Source: an uncultured Chlamydiales bacterium (GTDB lineage: Bacteria > Chlamydiota > Chlamydiia > Chlamydiales > JAAKFR01). From it: 64,000 nt of DNA. The stretch is taken from positions 1,323,757 to 1,387,756 of the forward strand of contig OY969414.1 of NCBI GenBank assembly GCA_963699155.1. The letters are read 5' to 3'. Position numbers and translations under genes: made by a program. This document shows positions 9,475 through 18,074 of this stretch, piece by piece (the stretch's first letter is position 1; each line of letters begins with the position of its first letter). Below the pieces are notes generated by a model. The model made no database searches. It was not told the DNA's origin and worked only from the letters and a program-made list of their open reading frames with translations.

Positions 9475-10569
9475 CTAAGTTTGTTTAAGAACGAGGGAAT
9501 AACTTGTGCTGCGTCCCCCTTCCTGATTTTTTGTGAGAATTCCTTTATCGATAAGGTCGAGAATGTCTCGATAGGCAGTATCTTGAGAACATTTAGCCAT
9601 CTTCGCCCATTTGGATGTCGTGAGCTTTCCCTCAAAACCTTCTAGAAGGCGGTTAATGATAATGTGTTGCCTTTCATTTAGAGAAATTTCAGCCAATGAC
9701 TCCCAATAATGGGCTTTGTGAATAATGGCACCCAGAGTGGAATGGGCGTGCGCAATCGCTCTATTCAGGCAGGCAAAAAACCACTCGATCCATGGCCCGA
9801 TATCCAAATCCCTTTTTTGAGTTTGCTCTAAAATAGAACAATATTTTTTTCTTTCTTGCTGGATCTGTGCGGAAAGACTGTAGAAAAGGCGTGAACTTTT
9901 TTCTGATCGCGCCAACATCAAATCGGCAATGGCCCTTCCAATACGGCCATTTCCATCTTCAAAAGGATGAATCGTTACAAACCAGAGGTGCGCTACAGCA
10001 GCTTTCAAGACATAATCTAGCTGTGAGTCATTAAACCAAGTTAAAAAAAGCTCCATCTCACGTTTGACTCGATTTGCAGGAGGTCCTTCAAAATGAAGAG
10101 TTTCTCTTCCCATCTGACCCGAAATGACCTGAACTGCTCCTTCACGCCATCTTCCGGTCTTGATTTTTGACCACCCACTCCGACCATTAGGGAAAAGATC
10201 AGAATGCCAACGAAACAATCTCTCTTGAGTGAGCGGTTCATTAAATTTCTGAGTGGCGTCCACCATCATTTCAACAACTCCATCTATCGTGCGATCTCTG
10301 GGATTAAGCGCACCCTCTTCCATGCCCAGGTGGCGTGCTACTGAAGAGCGAACGAGTGATTGATCAAGTATCTCCCCCTCAATTTCGCTTGATTTGATAA
10401 CCTCTAGAGTCAAATTCCTCAAAACAGTCTCATCCTGAGCATGGAATCCTATAGACTCCATGGCTCCAATCAAACGGCCCTGTTCATGACGCAACTGATG
10501 GAGCAACTGGTTGATTCTATCTGAATCCCACACAAAATGGGGCCAACTCTCAAGCTCATAGATGTACAT
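9475..10569 (-). CDS. Fic family protein (DUF4172-Fic-wHTH type)
   Basis: MYIY...WP.F.W start; HPFEDGNGRIGR; C-terminal KWAKMAKCSQDTAYRDI HTH. Confidence 0.92.
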   Translation of the reverse strand: MYIYELESWPHFVWDSDRINQLLHQLRHEQGRLIGAMESIGFHAQDETVLRNLTLEVIKSSEIEGEILDQSLVRSSVARHLGMEEGALNPRDRTIDGVVEMMVDATQKFNEPLTQERLFRWHSDLFPNGRSGWSKIKTGRWREGAVQVISGQMGRETLHFEGPPANRVKREMELFLTWFNDSQLDYVLKAAVAHLWFVTIHPFEDGNGRIGRAIADLMLARSEKSSRLFYSLSAQIQQERKKYCSILEQTQKRDLDIGPWIEWFFACLNRAIAHAHSTLGAIIHKAHYWESLAEISLNERQHIIINRLLEGFEGKLTTSKWAKMAKCSQDTAYRDILDLIDKGILTKNQEGGRSTSYSLVLKQT

Positions 10570-10587
10570 GAGCCTATTCTATCATAT

Positions 10588-10652
10588 ATTCTCCGCATAA
10601 GCAACCTTATTCTCCGCAAAAATGCGGAGAATAGGCCCATTTTTTCTCCGCA
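10588..10652. promoter_or_regulatory. Operator-like TTCTCCGCA repeat cluster upstream of the Fic gene
   Basis: Copies at about 10589, 10610 and 10644, plus an inverted copy at 10623; palindrome tattctccgca-aaaa-tgcggagaata at 10608-10633. Confidence 0.55.
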
Positions 10653-10750
10653 CTTTTTAAATTCTGCAAAAAAGCATGACTTATACTGCCACCGAGAACA
10701 TTGGACACGGATTTGCGATATACTTAATCGCAAAACCAAGGAGATCCAAC

Positions 10751-11062
10751 ATGGAAGAAGGTGGTCAAATCAAACGATGGACCGCGGCACGTAAGATTGA
10801 AGTTGTCTTACGTCTATTAAAAGGAGAGTCCATCGATAAACTAAGTCGAGAACTCGGTGTAGAGGCTTATTTAATCGAAGAATGGCATTCAAAAGCAATT
10901 CAGGGCATGGAAGTGGGATTAAAAATGCGTTCCGAAGACCCTGTTCAACATGAATTAGACCATGCTAAGAAACGCCTGGGAGAGCTCATGATGGAAAACG
11001 AGCTCTTGCAGATAAAGGCCAACAAAGCACCGGGTTTTCGTATGGGGAGGTCCAAGAAATGA
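10751..11062 (+). CDS. IS3-like transposase OrfA (HTH)
   Basis: RWTAARKIEVVLRLLKGESIDKLSRELGV HTH; coiled coil ...LGELMMENELL; AAGGAG RBS; ATGA overlap with orfB. Confidence 0.85.
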   Translation: MEEGGQIKRWTAARKIEVVLRLLKGESIDKLSRELGVEAYLIEEWHSKAIQGMEVGLKMRSEDPVQHELDHAKKRLGELMMENELLQIKANKAPGFRMGRSKK

Positions 11063-11907
11063 GCGAGAAGATCTCTCCTTCAACCCATCTTAAATATGGT
11101 GTAGAATTAGTTTGTACAGTGTGGAAGTTTCCTCGCTCATCTTTCTATCATAATAGAAAGCGGCCATATAAACCTAAGGGGCTTCGAGGAAAAAAGCCGA
11201 CCCTCTCAGACAATGATCTATTGGAGGCCATCAAAAAAGACATATCCGAAAGCCACTTTCAAGGAGAAGGACATCGAAAAATACATGCTCGATTAAAACG
11301 CTTCAAGAAACTAAATATTGGGCGGAATCGAGTTTTGAAGCTAATGAGAGAGCATAAAATGCTCTCTCCGTATCGCGTTGAACAGGGAAAAGAACGCCTA
11401 CATGATGGACGCATTACAACAGACCGCCCCAATGAAATGTGGGGTACAGATGCCGCTAAGATTTTCACCCTCGAAGATGGGTGGGTGTGGTTTTTCGGAG
11501 TAATTGAACATTGGAATGCTGAATGTCTAGGGTGGCATGTCACAAAGAAAGGAAGTCGATTTGCTGCAATAGAAGCCTTAAATAAGGCTGTTGAGGTTGT
11601 TTTTTGATTAACGACAACTATTTTTCCCTTCAACGACAATTTTAATCCTTAGCGTAACGACAATTAAAATTCCTCCTTAACGACAATTATTTTTCCCTTC
11701 ACTGCAGTTCCATCTTCATAACGGTCATTTTTTTTGCTCTTGAGGGAAAAGTTAAACGACGCCTCTTCCACTCCTTATGTTGAAAAATACTTTCTTCTCC
11801 CATCATAAGCACTTTCTCTCTCTGGGGGATAAATCCCCCAGCCCCCCAATCTTTCATGGGGCTCTGCCCCAAACCCCGGCAAAGGAGCTTGCTCCTTTGC
11901 AAACCAC

Positions 11908-12660
11908 TTATTTTTCTTCTTTCCTCGCTTTCGATTTCTCGAGTCGGTAACTTGTTAAGTTTAACTCAAGTATTACACTGTGATGCACTAGACGATCTAT
12001 AGCCGCCGCAGCCATCATAGCATCTTTAAAAATCCCTTCCCATTTCGAAAAGGGCAAATTACTGGTCAGCAAAATACTTGTGCTTTCATAGCACCATGTA
12101 AACAGGGTAAAGAGCACTTCCATCTCTTCCTTTTCCTGCTGCACATAGCCAATCTCATCAATAACAAGCAGATCGTAGCTTGTCAGCTTTTTCATCAATC
12201 TGTTCAGCTTCAGTTCCTGTTTCGCAATAAGCAAATCTTGTAACAGTGCTGAACACGAACTGAAGCACGCCTTGTACCCCTTACCTATCATCTCCTGGGC
12301 CAAACCACACATCAAGTGCGTTTTCCCAGCACCAGGTGTCCCAAATAATAACAAATTCTCTTTTCTTTCTAGAAATTTGCCATCACGTAAGGCATTGAAC
12401 TGATGCTGAGCTCCCTTCGGTAATCTGCTCAAATCAAAATTTGCAAGCGATTTAGAAATGGGCAGATTTGACTCTTTCAACCATCTCTCGATGCGTTTAT
12501 TCTCTCTGGATTCAACCTCTTGCCTTACAAGCTCCAACAAGTACTCTTCATAGCCCCATTCTTCTTTTCTTGCCTTCTCAGCATACTCAAAAAAGCTTTT
12601 ACTCATTTTTGGAAGTAACAGCCTTTTTAAACCTTCTGAAACCTGCTCTATTGTATTCAT
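11908..12660 (-). CDS. istB: IS21 helper ATPase
   Basis: GTPGAGKT, LLVIDEIGY, LTSNLPFSKW and AAAAIDRLVHHS motifs. Confidence 0.95.
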   Translation of the reverse strand: MNTIEQVSEGLKRLLLPKMSKSFFEYAEKARKEEWGYEEYLLELVRQEVESRENKRIERWLKESNLPISKSLANFDLSRLPKGAQHQFNALRDGKFLERKENLLLFGTPGAGKTHLMCGLAQEMIGKGYKACFSSCSALLQDLLIAKQELKLNRLMKKLTSYDLLVIDEIGYVQQEKEEMEVLFTLFTWCYESTSILLTSNLPFSKWEGIFKDAMMAAAAIDRLVHHSVILELNLTSYRLEKSKARKEEK

Positions 12661-14129
12661 GATTGTGACTCCTTTAACAAAGCTAAATCATAAACACATA
12701 AATCCACTGTAGAGACAGCTACATCCATTAAAGAAAATATTTTTTCTGGTTTTCGAAGTATCTGTAAAACGCTTTCAAGAGTTATCATTTGATCTTTAAC
12801 AAGCAGACTTTTCAAAACCCCTCCTACACGTCTCTCACCATCTTGTGCAGCTGCTTTCAAAATACCTAGATAATCCTTCACATAGCGTTGAGGCGATCCA
12901 ATTTTTAAAGCATCGTAGGCTGCCCTAAAAGTACTTGTAGGGTATAACTCTTCCTTATAGCGATAATTCTCAAATGCTCCAGGCTTCTTTATCAACCAAT
13001 CTATTATATGACGATAATCAATCTGGGCCTTGTGGGCCCCAACCATGCGCGGAAACTCCTCCACTTTTTGACCTTGGTACCAGATCTCTACAATACTTCC
13101 TAAAAGATGTATCTCTACCTCTTCGTTAATCAAACGACTCGGTACAGAATAAGTGTTATCTTTTAAACGGATTGTACTTCCTCTACCTACAGTTAATCTA
13201 TGAACAGTGGCATCTTGGAGTCTTCCTGGAGGCAATTCTTTGAGCTTTTCTTGTTCTTCTTTAAAACGAACACTTCTTGCCGCATTACGCTTTATCACCA
13301 GATCTCTCAGAAAACCACGATATTCCTCAACGGTTTCAAAATCATGACTACCACGTAACATTAGTGCCTGCTCAACAGCCCTCTTAAGCCTATGGTGAGC
13401 CTGTTCAACATCGCCATTCTCATTCGGGCAACCAGCTTGTATTTTTGTCCCTGTAATACCATAGTGATCCAAAAGAGCCTGGTACCGTGCACCAAATTTA
13501 GGATTATTCGAGAAATTTGACATTGCTGCCGTCAAACGATCTGTGCGATGTCGTAAGGCAGAGCCCCCTGCTTGCCAGACTGCATTTTGAAACCCCTCAC
13601 TTAGACTTTCAAAATTCTCGGAAAAACAAATAGTTACACTCTCCCAATTCGAGTAGGTAAAAACAAAGTGATAAACAAGATGAGGAAATGGGCTCCTTTG
13701 GATTGTAATCTTAAGATTTTCCATATGTGTAAAATCTGAAGAGCAAAGATCCCCAGGCTTATGGATTTGTGCAAAGAATACCTCCTTAGGTGGTCCTTGG
13801 AGTCCTTTCCATTTCTTGACCTTTCTTTGCAAGGTCCGCAATTGCCCTTCTTGAAATTTGCCCGGATATTTCTCTACTAAATACTCAAAAATTGTCTTTG
13901 CTTCGAGTCGTGGTTGAAGCTCTAGCATGCTTTCAATTTCGGAATTAACGCAATCGAACGGATCCGTTCTTGTTTTCCAATTATGATCTGTTGGCAACAG
14001 CGGGTTATCATTCTTTAAGTAAGTTCTTGCTGTCTTAGGATCTATGCCAGCTTTGGCAGCTGAATCTTTAAGATTATTTCCCTCATTAATCATTTTACAC
14101 AATCTCCTATACTGTGTTTTAGAAATCAT
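12657..14129 (-). CDS. istA: IS21 transposase
   Basis: N-terminal HTH; SDFT, TDRL and NENGDVE DDE residues; YSVP motif; overlaps istB. Confidence 0.93.
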   Translation of the reverse strand: MISKTQYRRLCKMINEGNNLKDSAAKAGIDPKTARTYLKNDNPLLPTDHNWKTRTDPFDCVNSEIESMLELQPRLEAKTIFEYLVEKYPGKFQEGQLRTLQRKVKKWKGLQGPPKEVFFAQIHKPGDLCSSDFTHMENLKITIQRSPFPHLVYHFVFTYSNWESVTICFSENFESLSEGFQNAVWQAGGSALRHRTDRLTAAMSNFSNNPKFGARYQALLDHYGITGTKIQAGCPNENGDVEQAHHRLKRAVEQALMLRGSHDFETVEEYRGFLRDLVIKRNAARSVRFKEEQEKLKELPPGRLQDATVHRLTVGRGSTIRLKDNTYSVPSRLINEEVEIHLLGSIVEIWYQGQKVEEFPRMVGAHKAQIDYRHIIDWLIKKPGAFENYRYKEELYPTSTFRAAYDALKIGSPQRYVKDYLGILKAAAQDGERRVGGVLKSLLVKDQMITLESVLQILRKPEKIFSLMDVAVSTVDLCVYDLALLKESQS

Positions 14130-14954
14130 CCTTTACCTCCTTACGAGATAAAGGATTATCTTCTTAAGTCTCAGCGAAGGGAATTTTAATTGTCGTCCGA
14201 AGGGAAAAATAATTGTCGTCGGACAGGAATTTTAATTGTCGCTGAAGCGGAGATTTAATTGTCGCAGATCAGTTTTTAGCAAAACATCCTCTAATGTGGC
14301 TCGTGGGGTCAGTTTACGAGTAGATCATGGCTCTCAATTTATGTCAGAAGGCTTTATTAACCAAACACGGTACTGGGGCATAAGTATAAGCAAGGGCTTT
14401 GTGAAGGAGCCTGAAACCAACGGGGTGATAGAAAGGTTTCACAGAACATTTAAGGAGCAGATTGTACACGGTAGGCATTATCATGGCCTAGAAGACTTTA
14501 GGAAGGCTGTAGCAGAGTTCATTAAGTCGTACAATGAACACTGGCTTTTAGAAAAGCTAGATTATCACTCCCCTCTGGAAGCCAGGGAGTTATATTCCAA
14601 AGAACACCCTTCTGAACAAATTTTATCGGCGTTAGCTGAGGTTGGAGAGGGAGCACGGCTACTTTGTTCTGGCAAGGATATGATAGCAAAAACTGAGAAT
14701 TTTAGAATAATTTTAAAGCGACGGAAGAAATTTACGCAAATTTGTGTCCAAAGAAATGGTGGCGATACAAAAAAAGCATGACTTTAATTGACAACCCAAA
14801 ACTCAGGTTGATAGTGAGAATGTGGCAAAAGTGAGGGGAATTTACGGCGTTTGTCTTCTAATGGCACGCACTTCTTGGCATAAACCTAGTATATGCCTTG
14901 TTAGTTAGTCCTTAGCAAGGGGGTAACATTTTGGCCAAATGGGTAATTTTGATC

Positions 14955-15012
14955 AGAAGAGGATATTGTGGCCCCAGGGAATTTAGGCAACAGCTTGTTG
15001 GCTAATTGCAAT
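14955..15012 (-). pseudogene. Short remnant of a second DUF1016-family gene
   Basis: Minus strand reads IAISQQAVA*IPWGHNILF, matching ISPQAVG...IPWGHNI in the adjacent intact gene. Confidence 0.6.
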
Positions 15013-15025
15013 CTATGCGCCATAT

Positions 15026-16135
15026 TTAAATTTCCCTTTTCTTTTTAACTCTTTTTGTTTTGGGACTTGGGATTGCGCTTAGCTCTGCTTCAATCTCACC
15101 AATTGTTGGAAGTTGTCCTTCTAGCTTTTTAGGTAGGGTTGAAACGATTTTTGTCTCATATTCGGCTACCCCCATGGGCTTATGAATATCTCGAAGTGCA
15201 TATTCTGCAATGAAGTTATCTTTACTTTTGCAAATCAAAATACCAATGGTTGGGTTATCCGTAGGATGCTTCATGAGATCATCAACAGCGGACAAATAAA
15301 AGTTCATCTTACCTGCAAATTCAGGCTTAAAATCAACCGCTTTGAGTTCAATCACAACAAAACATCTAAGCTTCAAATGATAAAATAGCAGGTCGATATA
15401 GAAGTCTTTGTTACCTACTACTAAATTGACTTGCCTGCCAACAAATGAAAAACCCTGACCTAATTCAGATAGAAATTTCTCAACATGCTTGAGCAATCCT
15501 TCTTCTAGATCTTTTTCAATGTGCTCTCTAGCCAGCTCAAGAAAGTCAAAGTTATAAGGATCTTTTAGAGTATCATGAGCTAATTGTGAATGGGGATCGG
15601 GAAGTCTATCTTGAAAATTGGTAATCGCTTTGCCATGTCTTTTATAAGTTTTTATTTTAATAGAATCCACTAGAGCGTTGCGAGACCATCCCTCCTGAAT
15701 AACCATATTGACATACCAAAGCCGCTCATCAAAAGACTTAACCCCTTCAAATATAGCTATATTATGCCCCCATGGGATGTTGAAAATAGGTAGACCTTCT
15801 AATTTACCCACAGCTTGTGGGGAAATTGAATATGCCAGGTAAAATGCCCTCATCCTACCCATGTTTGTTCTAGAAAACCCTTCAATTCCTGGAAATTCGT
15901 TCTGAATATCCCTTGCTATTCTATCTATTACACTAGAACCCCAACCGTCTTTTTCTTGTCTTTCGACGATTTCTTTGCCTATATCCCAATACAAGCGAAT
16001 AAGTTCCCTATTCACTGCTAATGCGGCTTTGAATTGAGCAGATCGTATTTTTTTCTTAAGCTGTGTCACAAACTTGGCATAGTCTGTGGAAGCAACATCT
16101 TTCTTCTTGGAATCGTTTTGTTTACTTTTTGCCAT
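15026..16135 (-). CDS. DUF1016/YhcG-family PD-(D/E)XK nuclease-like protein
   Basis: LYWDIG, GWGSSVI, PWGHN, KDPYNFDFL, DLLFYH, VVIELK and GKMNFY motifs; start MAKSK chosen at 16135. Confidence 0.92.
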   Translation of the reverse strand: MAKSKQNDSKKKDVASTDYAKFVTQLKKKIRSAQFKAALAVNRELIRLYWDIGKEIVERQEKDGWGSSVIDRIARDIQNEFPGIEGFSRTNMGRMRAFYLAYSISPQAVGKLEGLPIFNIPWGHNIAIFEGVKSFDERLWYVNMVIQEGWSRNALVDSIKIKTYKRHGKAITNFQDRLPDPHSQLAHDTLKDPYNFDFLELAREHIEKDLEEGLLKHVEKFLSELGQGFSFVGRQVNLVVGNKDFYIDLLFYHLKLRCFVVIELKAVDFKPEFAGKMNFYLSAVDDLMKHPTDNPTIGILICKSKDNFIAEYALRDIHKPMGVAEYETKIVSTLPKKLEGQLPTIGEIEAELSAIPSPKTKRVKKKREI

Positions 16136-16352
16136 TTCAATTCTTTTTTCATTGCCTAGCACAGTTCGTGACACTAATTCTCTATGTGTCACACCTGTCA
16201 CAGAAATCACAATAGATTAACACCTGCGATAGAAAAATCAAAATAGATTTACGCCAGGTTTATCTCGTCTAGTGCGTAAAATTTGCGTAATTGAGCTTTA
16301 CGCAGTGGAATTTTTGGGTGCGAAATTTTTGTTGTATGTCACTAAAAACGAA

Positions 16353-16378
16353 AGGCTTCACTTATAAAAGTGAAGCCT
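16353..16378 (-). terminator. Terminator hairpin downstream of tmRNA
   Basis: aggcttcactt-ataa-aagtgaagcct followed by a U-rich tract on the minus strand. Confidence 0.65.
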
Positions 16379-16388
16379 CTTTGTGTGA

Positions 16389-16840
16389 TGGAGGTGGGGA
16401 GACTCGAACTCCCGTCCTTGGCAAACGCCCCAACAGACACTACATGCTTAGTGTCCAATCTTAGCGCCAGCTTCTTAGTTGAACACCCCTATGAAGCTGA
16501 CCGGTTTCATTTGATCTCGGGGACTTTAGCCTAGAAACCTTCGGCTAAAGCCCCACACCAAGAATACTGACAGTAATCCCGAAACCCTCGGTCCAGTCGC
16601 AGGTTACCGGGTCACCGAGGCGGTTAAGCCTCAGTAACAGCTAGCACTAAGCTGCTGCTGCCATTGCAACAGGCGCTTCTGCCCCAACATATGCGAGATA
16701 TGCTGTGGGCATTGCTTCAACTTTCGTGCTTTTTGCCGTAGTTTTGGCATTTATTGTTTTATCGGCTTTTTAAGGAGGCCAACCGAATACCTCCGCATGC
16801 ATCTGGTGCTTTGTTCCCAAGTCGAAACCAATACACCCCC
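16389..16840 (-). ncRNA. ssrA: tmRNA
   Basis: 5' GGGGGTGTATTGGTTTCGAC; 3' GGGAGTTCGAGTCTCCCCACCTCCA; G3-U70 pair; tag ORF 16748-16647 ending AAAA*; CCA not encoded. Confidence 0.95.
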
Positions 16841-16883
16841 AATATTATTTTAACATATTTTCAATTAACTTTATATGAAAAGA

Positions 16884-17291
16884 TCAATTTTTTGTAAAGG
16901 AGATGATCTTGACCCCAAAGTGGCCATCGACGGTGACGATCTCGCCTCGGCCGATTTTTTGACTATTCACATAGATGTCGACGAGGTCATCACAGAGGTT
17001 ATCGAGGGGAAGAAGGGTTCCTTTTTCCAGAGAAGCTAGCTCTTTGAGAGTTAGGGTCGTTTCGCCAAAAACTACCTCGATGTGGGCCTTGAGGTCGGCC
17101 AGCTCCGTTTTTTCTTTGGAGGTTAGCTCGGTTAAGGGGCGAGGAAGTTCTCCGGGTAGAGGAGAGAGCGAAAGGCGTCCAATTTTGCCATAAGAGCCGG
17201 GTGGGCGAAGAGGGATCTTCTCCTCTGGCAGCTTTTTCTGAGAGATCGCCTTGACGATGCCCTCCATCTCTTCAGGAGTGAATTCGCTCAT
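16884..17291 (-). CDS. FliN/SctQ-like SpoA-domain protein
   Basis: IEVVFGETTLTLKELASLEKGTLLPL...VDIYVN...GRGEIVTVDGHFGVKI. Confidence 0.85.
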   Translation of the reverse strand: MSEFTPEEMEGIVKAISQKKLPEEKIPLRPPGSYGKIGRLSLSPLPGELPRPLTELTSKEKTELADLKAHIEVVFGETTLTLKELASLEKGTLLPLDNLCDDLVDIYVNSQKIGRGEIVTVDGHFGVKIISFTKN

Positions 17292-17508
17292 CGATGGTGA
17301 CCGCCTTATGACTTCTGAATAGTCCTAGAGAGCCTCGATAGAAATCCTCTTTATCCACAGTAATCGAGATTGTCTCCTCGGTACGTTGGTCGAGTAGGAT
17401 AATATCGCCGATTTTCAGATCGGAATAAGCAAAGATAGGGAGTGTTGTTTTTCCCAAAATGGCCTTGGTTCGGAAGGGAAGATCTTCAATCCACATGTTT
17501 CGCACCAT
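17272..17508 (-). CDS. Small FliM-C-like SpoA-domain protein
   Basis: AILGKTTL...DLKIGDIILLD...G.LG...HKAVTI; overlaps the FliN-like gene. Confidence 0.7.
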   Translation of the reverse strand: MVRNMWIEDLPFRTKAILGKTTLPIFAYSDLKIGDIILLDQRTEETISITVDKEDFYRGSLGLFRSHKAVTIDERIHS

Positions 17509-17568
17509 AATGGGAGGGGATTTTTATTTCACCTCAGAAAGTTTTTCTGAGGTGAAAAAGCTGTGAGG

Positions 17569-17949
17569 CTATTTTTTAATGTAGCCATCAGCGAGGCCAG
17601 GTGCAGAACCCCACCAGGGCTCTCCTGTGAAGAAGACTGTGTCGCCGTGGCGGAAGAGGCGATAGTCGGTGTAGGGATCGCCTAGGACCATTTGACCACC
17701 TTTGGTGTAGAAGAAATAGGTGATTTCTGGGTGGCGCTTGGCGAATCTGAAAGCGGTTTCAAGGGAGATGCCGCGGGCAATGTACACCGCATTGCTCCAA
17801 TCGGCTAAACCATACTGGGCAACCTCTCCAACATACTCAAAACCTTTGGGAACGGGGGAAAGTAGAGGAATGTCATCGGTGAGATCCCTTGCAGTGAGTG
17901 CGGCGCAGCTCAATAAGATTGCAGAGATAAAAAGAGTGACTTTTTTCAT
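17569..17949 (-). CDS. Secreted hypothetical protein
   Basis: MKKVTLFISAILL signal peptide; aromatic-rich mature domain. Confidence 0.6.
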   Translation of the reverse strand: MKKVTLFISAILLSCAALTARDLTDDIPLLSPVPKGFEYVGEVAQYGLADWSNAVYIARGISLETAFRFAKRHPEITYFFYTKGGQMVLGDPYTDYRLFRHGDTVFFTGEPWWGSAPGLADGYIKK

Positions 17950-18074
17950 AGTGTTTCCTTTTGTTAAGTCATTTATTACAAATGACTTCATGGAGAATAG
18001 GTAGAGGGTCATATTTATGACAATTACCATTCTTTCTTCGACTTGCCTTAAAGCAAAAAAATCTCTATCCTTTA

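Larger units (their letters stand above)
11605..14271 (-). mobile_element. IS21-family insertion sequence, 2667 bp
   Basis: TGA...TCA ends; four CGACAA boxes at each end (about 23-bp period); 6-bp TSD GTTTTT at 11599-11604 and 14272-14277; istA and istB. Confidence 0.95.
10682..14769 (+). mobile_element. IS3-like insertion sequence (orfA/orfB) interrupted by IS21
   Basis: Imperfect terminal IRs tatactGCCACC...TTGGACAC and GTGTCCAA...GGTGGCgataca; flanking 14-bp direct repeat AAAAAAGCATGACT at 10668-10681 and 14770-14783. Confidence 0.85.
11059..14781 (+). pseudogene. IS3-like OrfB DDE transposase split by IS21 (11059-11604 and 14278-14781)
   Basis: Removing IS21 and one copy of GTTTTT rejoins ...KAVEVVF-SKTSSNVARGVSLRVDHGSQF in frame; WGTD, DHGSQF and NGVIERF give the DDE triad. 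Confidence 0.9.

Noticed and set aside
11611..11700. CRISPR or iteron-like ~23-bp repeats (also at 14176-14264)
   Set aside because: They are the multiple terminal transposase-binding repeats typical of IS21 ends.
16389..16420. tRNA gene or prophage att site
   Set aside because: It is the tRNA-like 3' end of tmRNA; I saw no second copy and no integrase in the window.
17527..17557. Intrinsic terminator
   Set aside because: A strong 14-bp inverted repeat, but with no U-tract following on either strand, so its function was not assigned.
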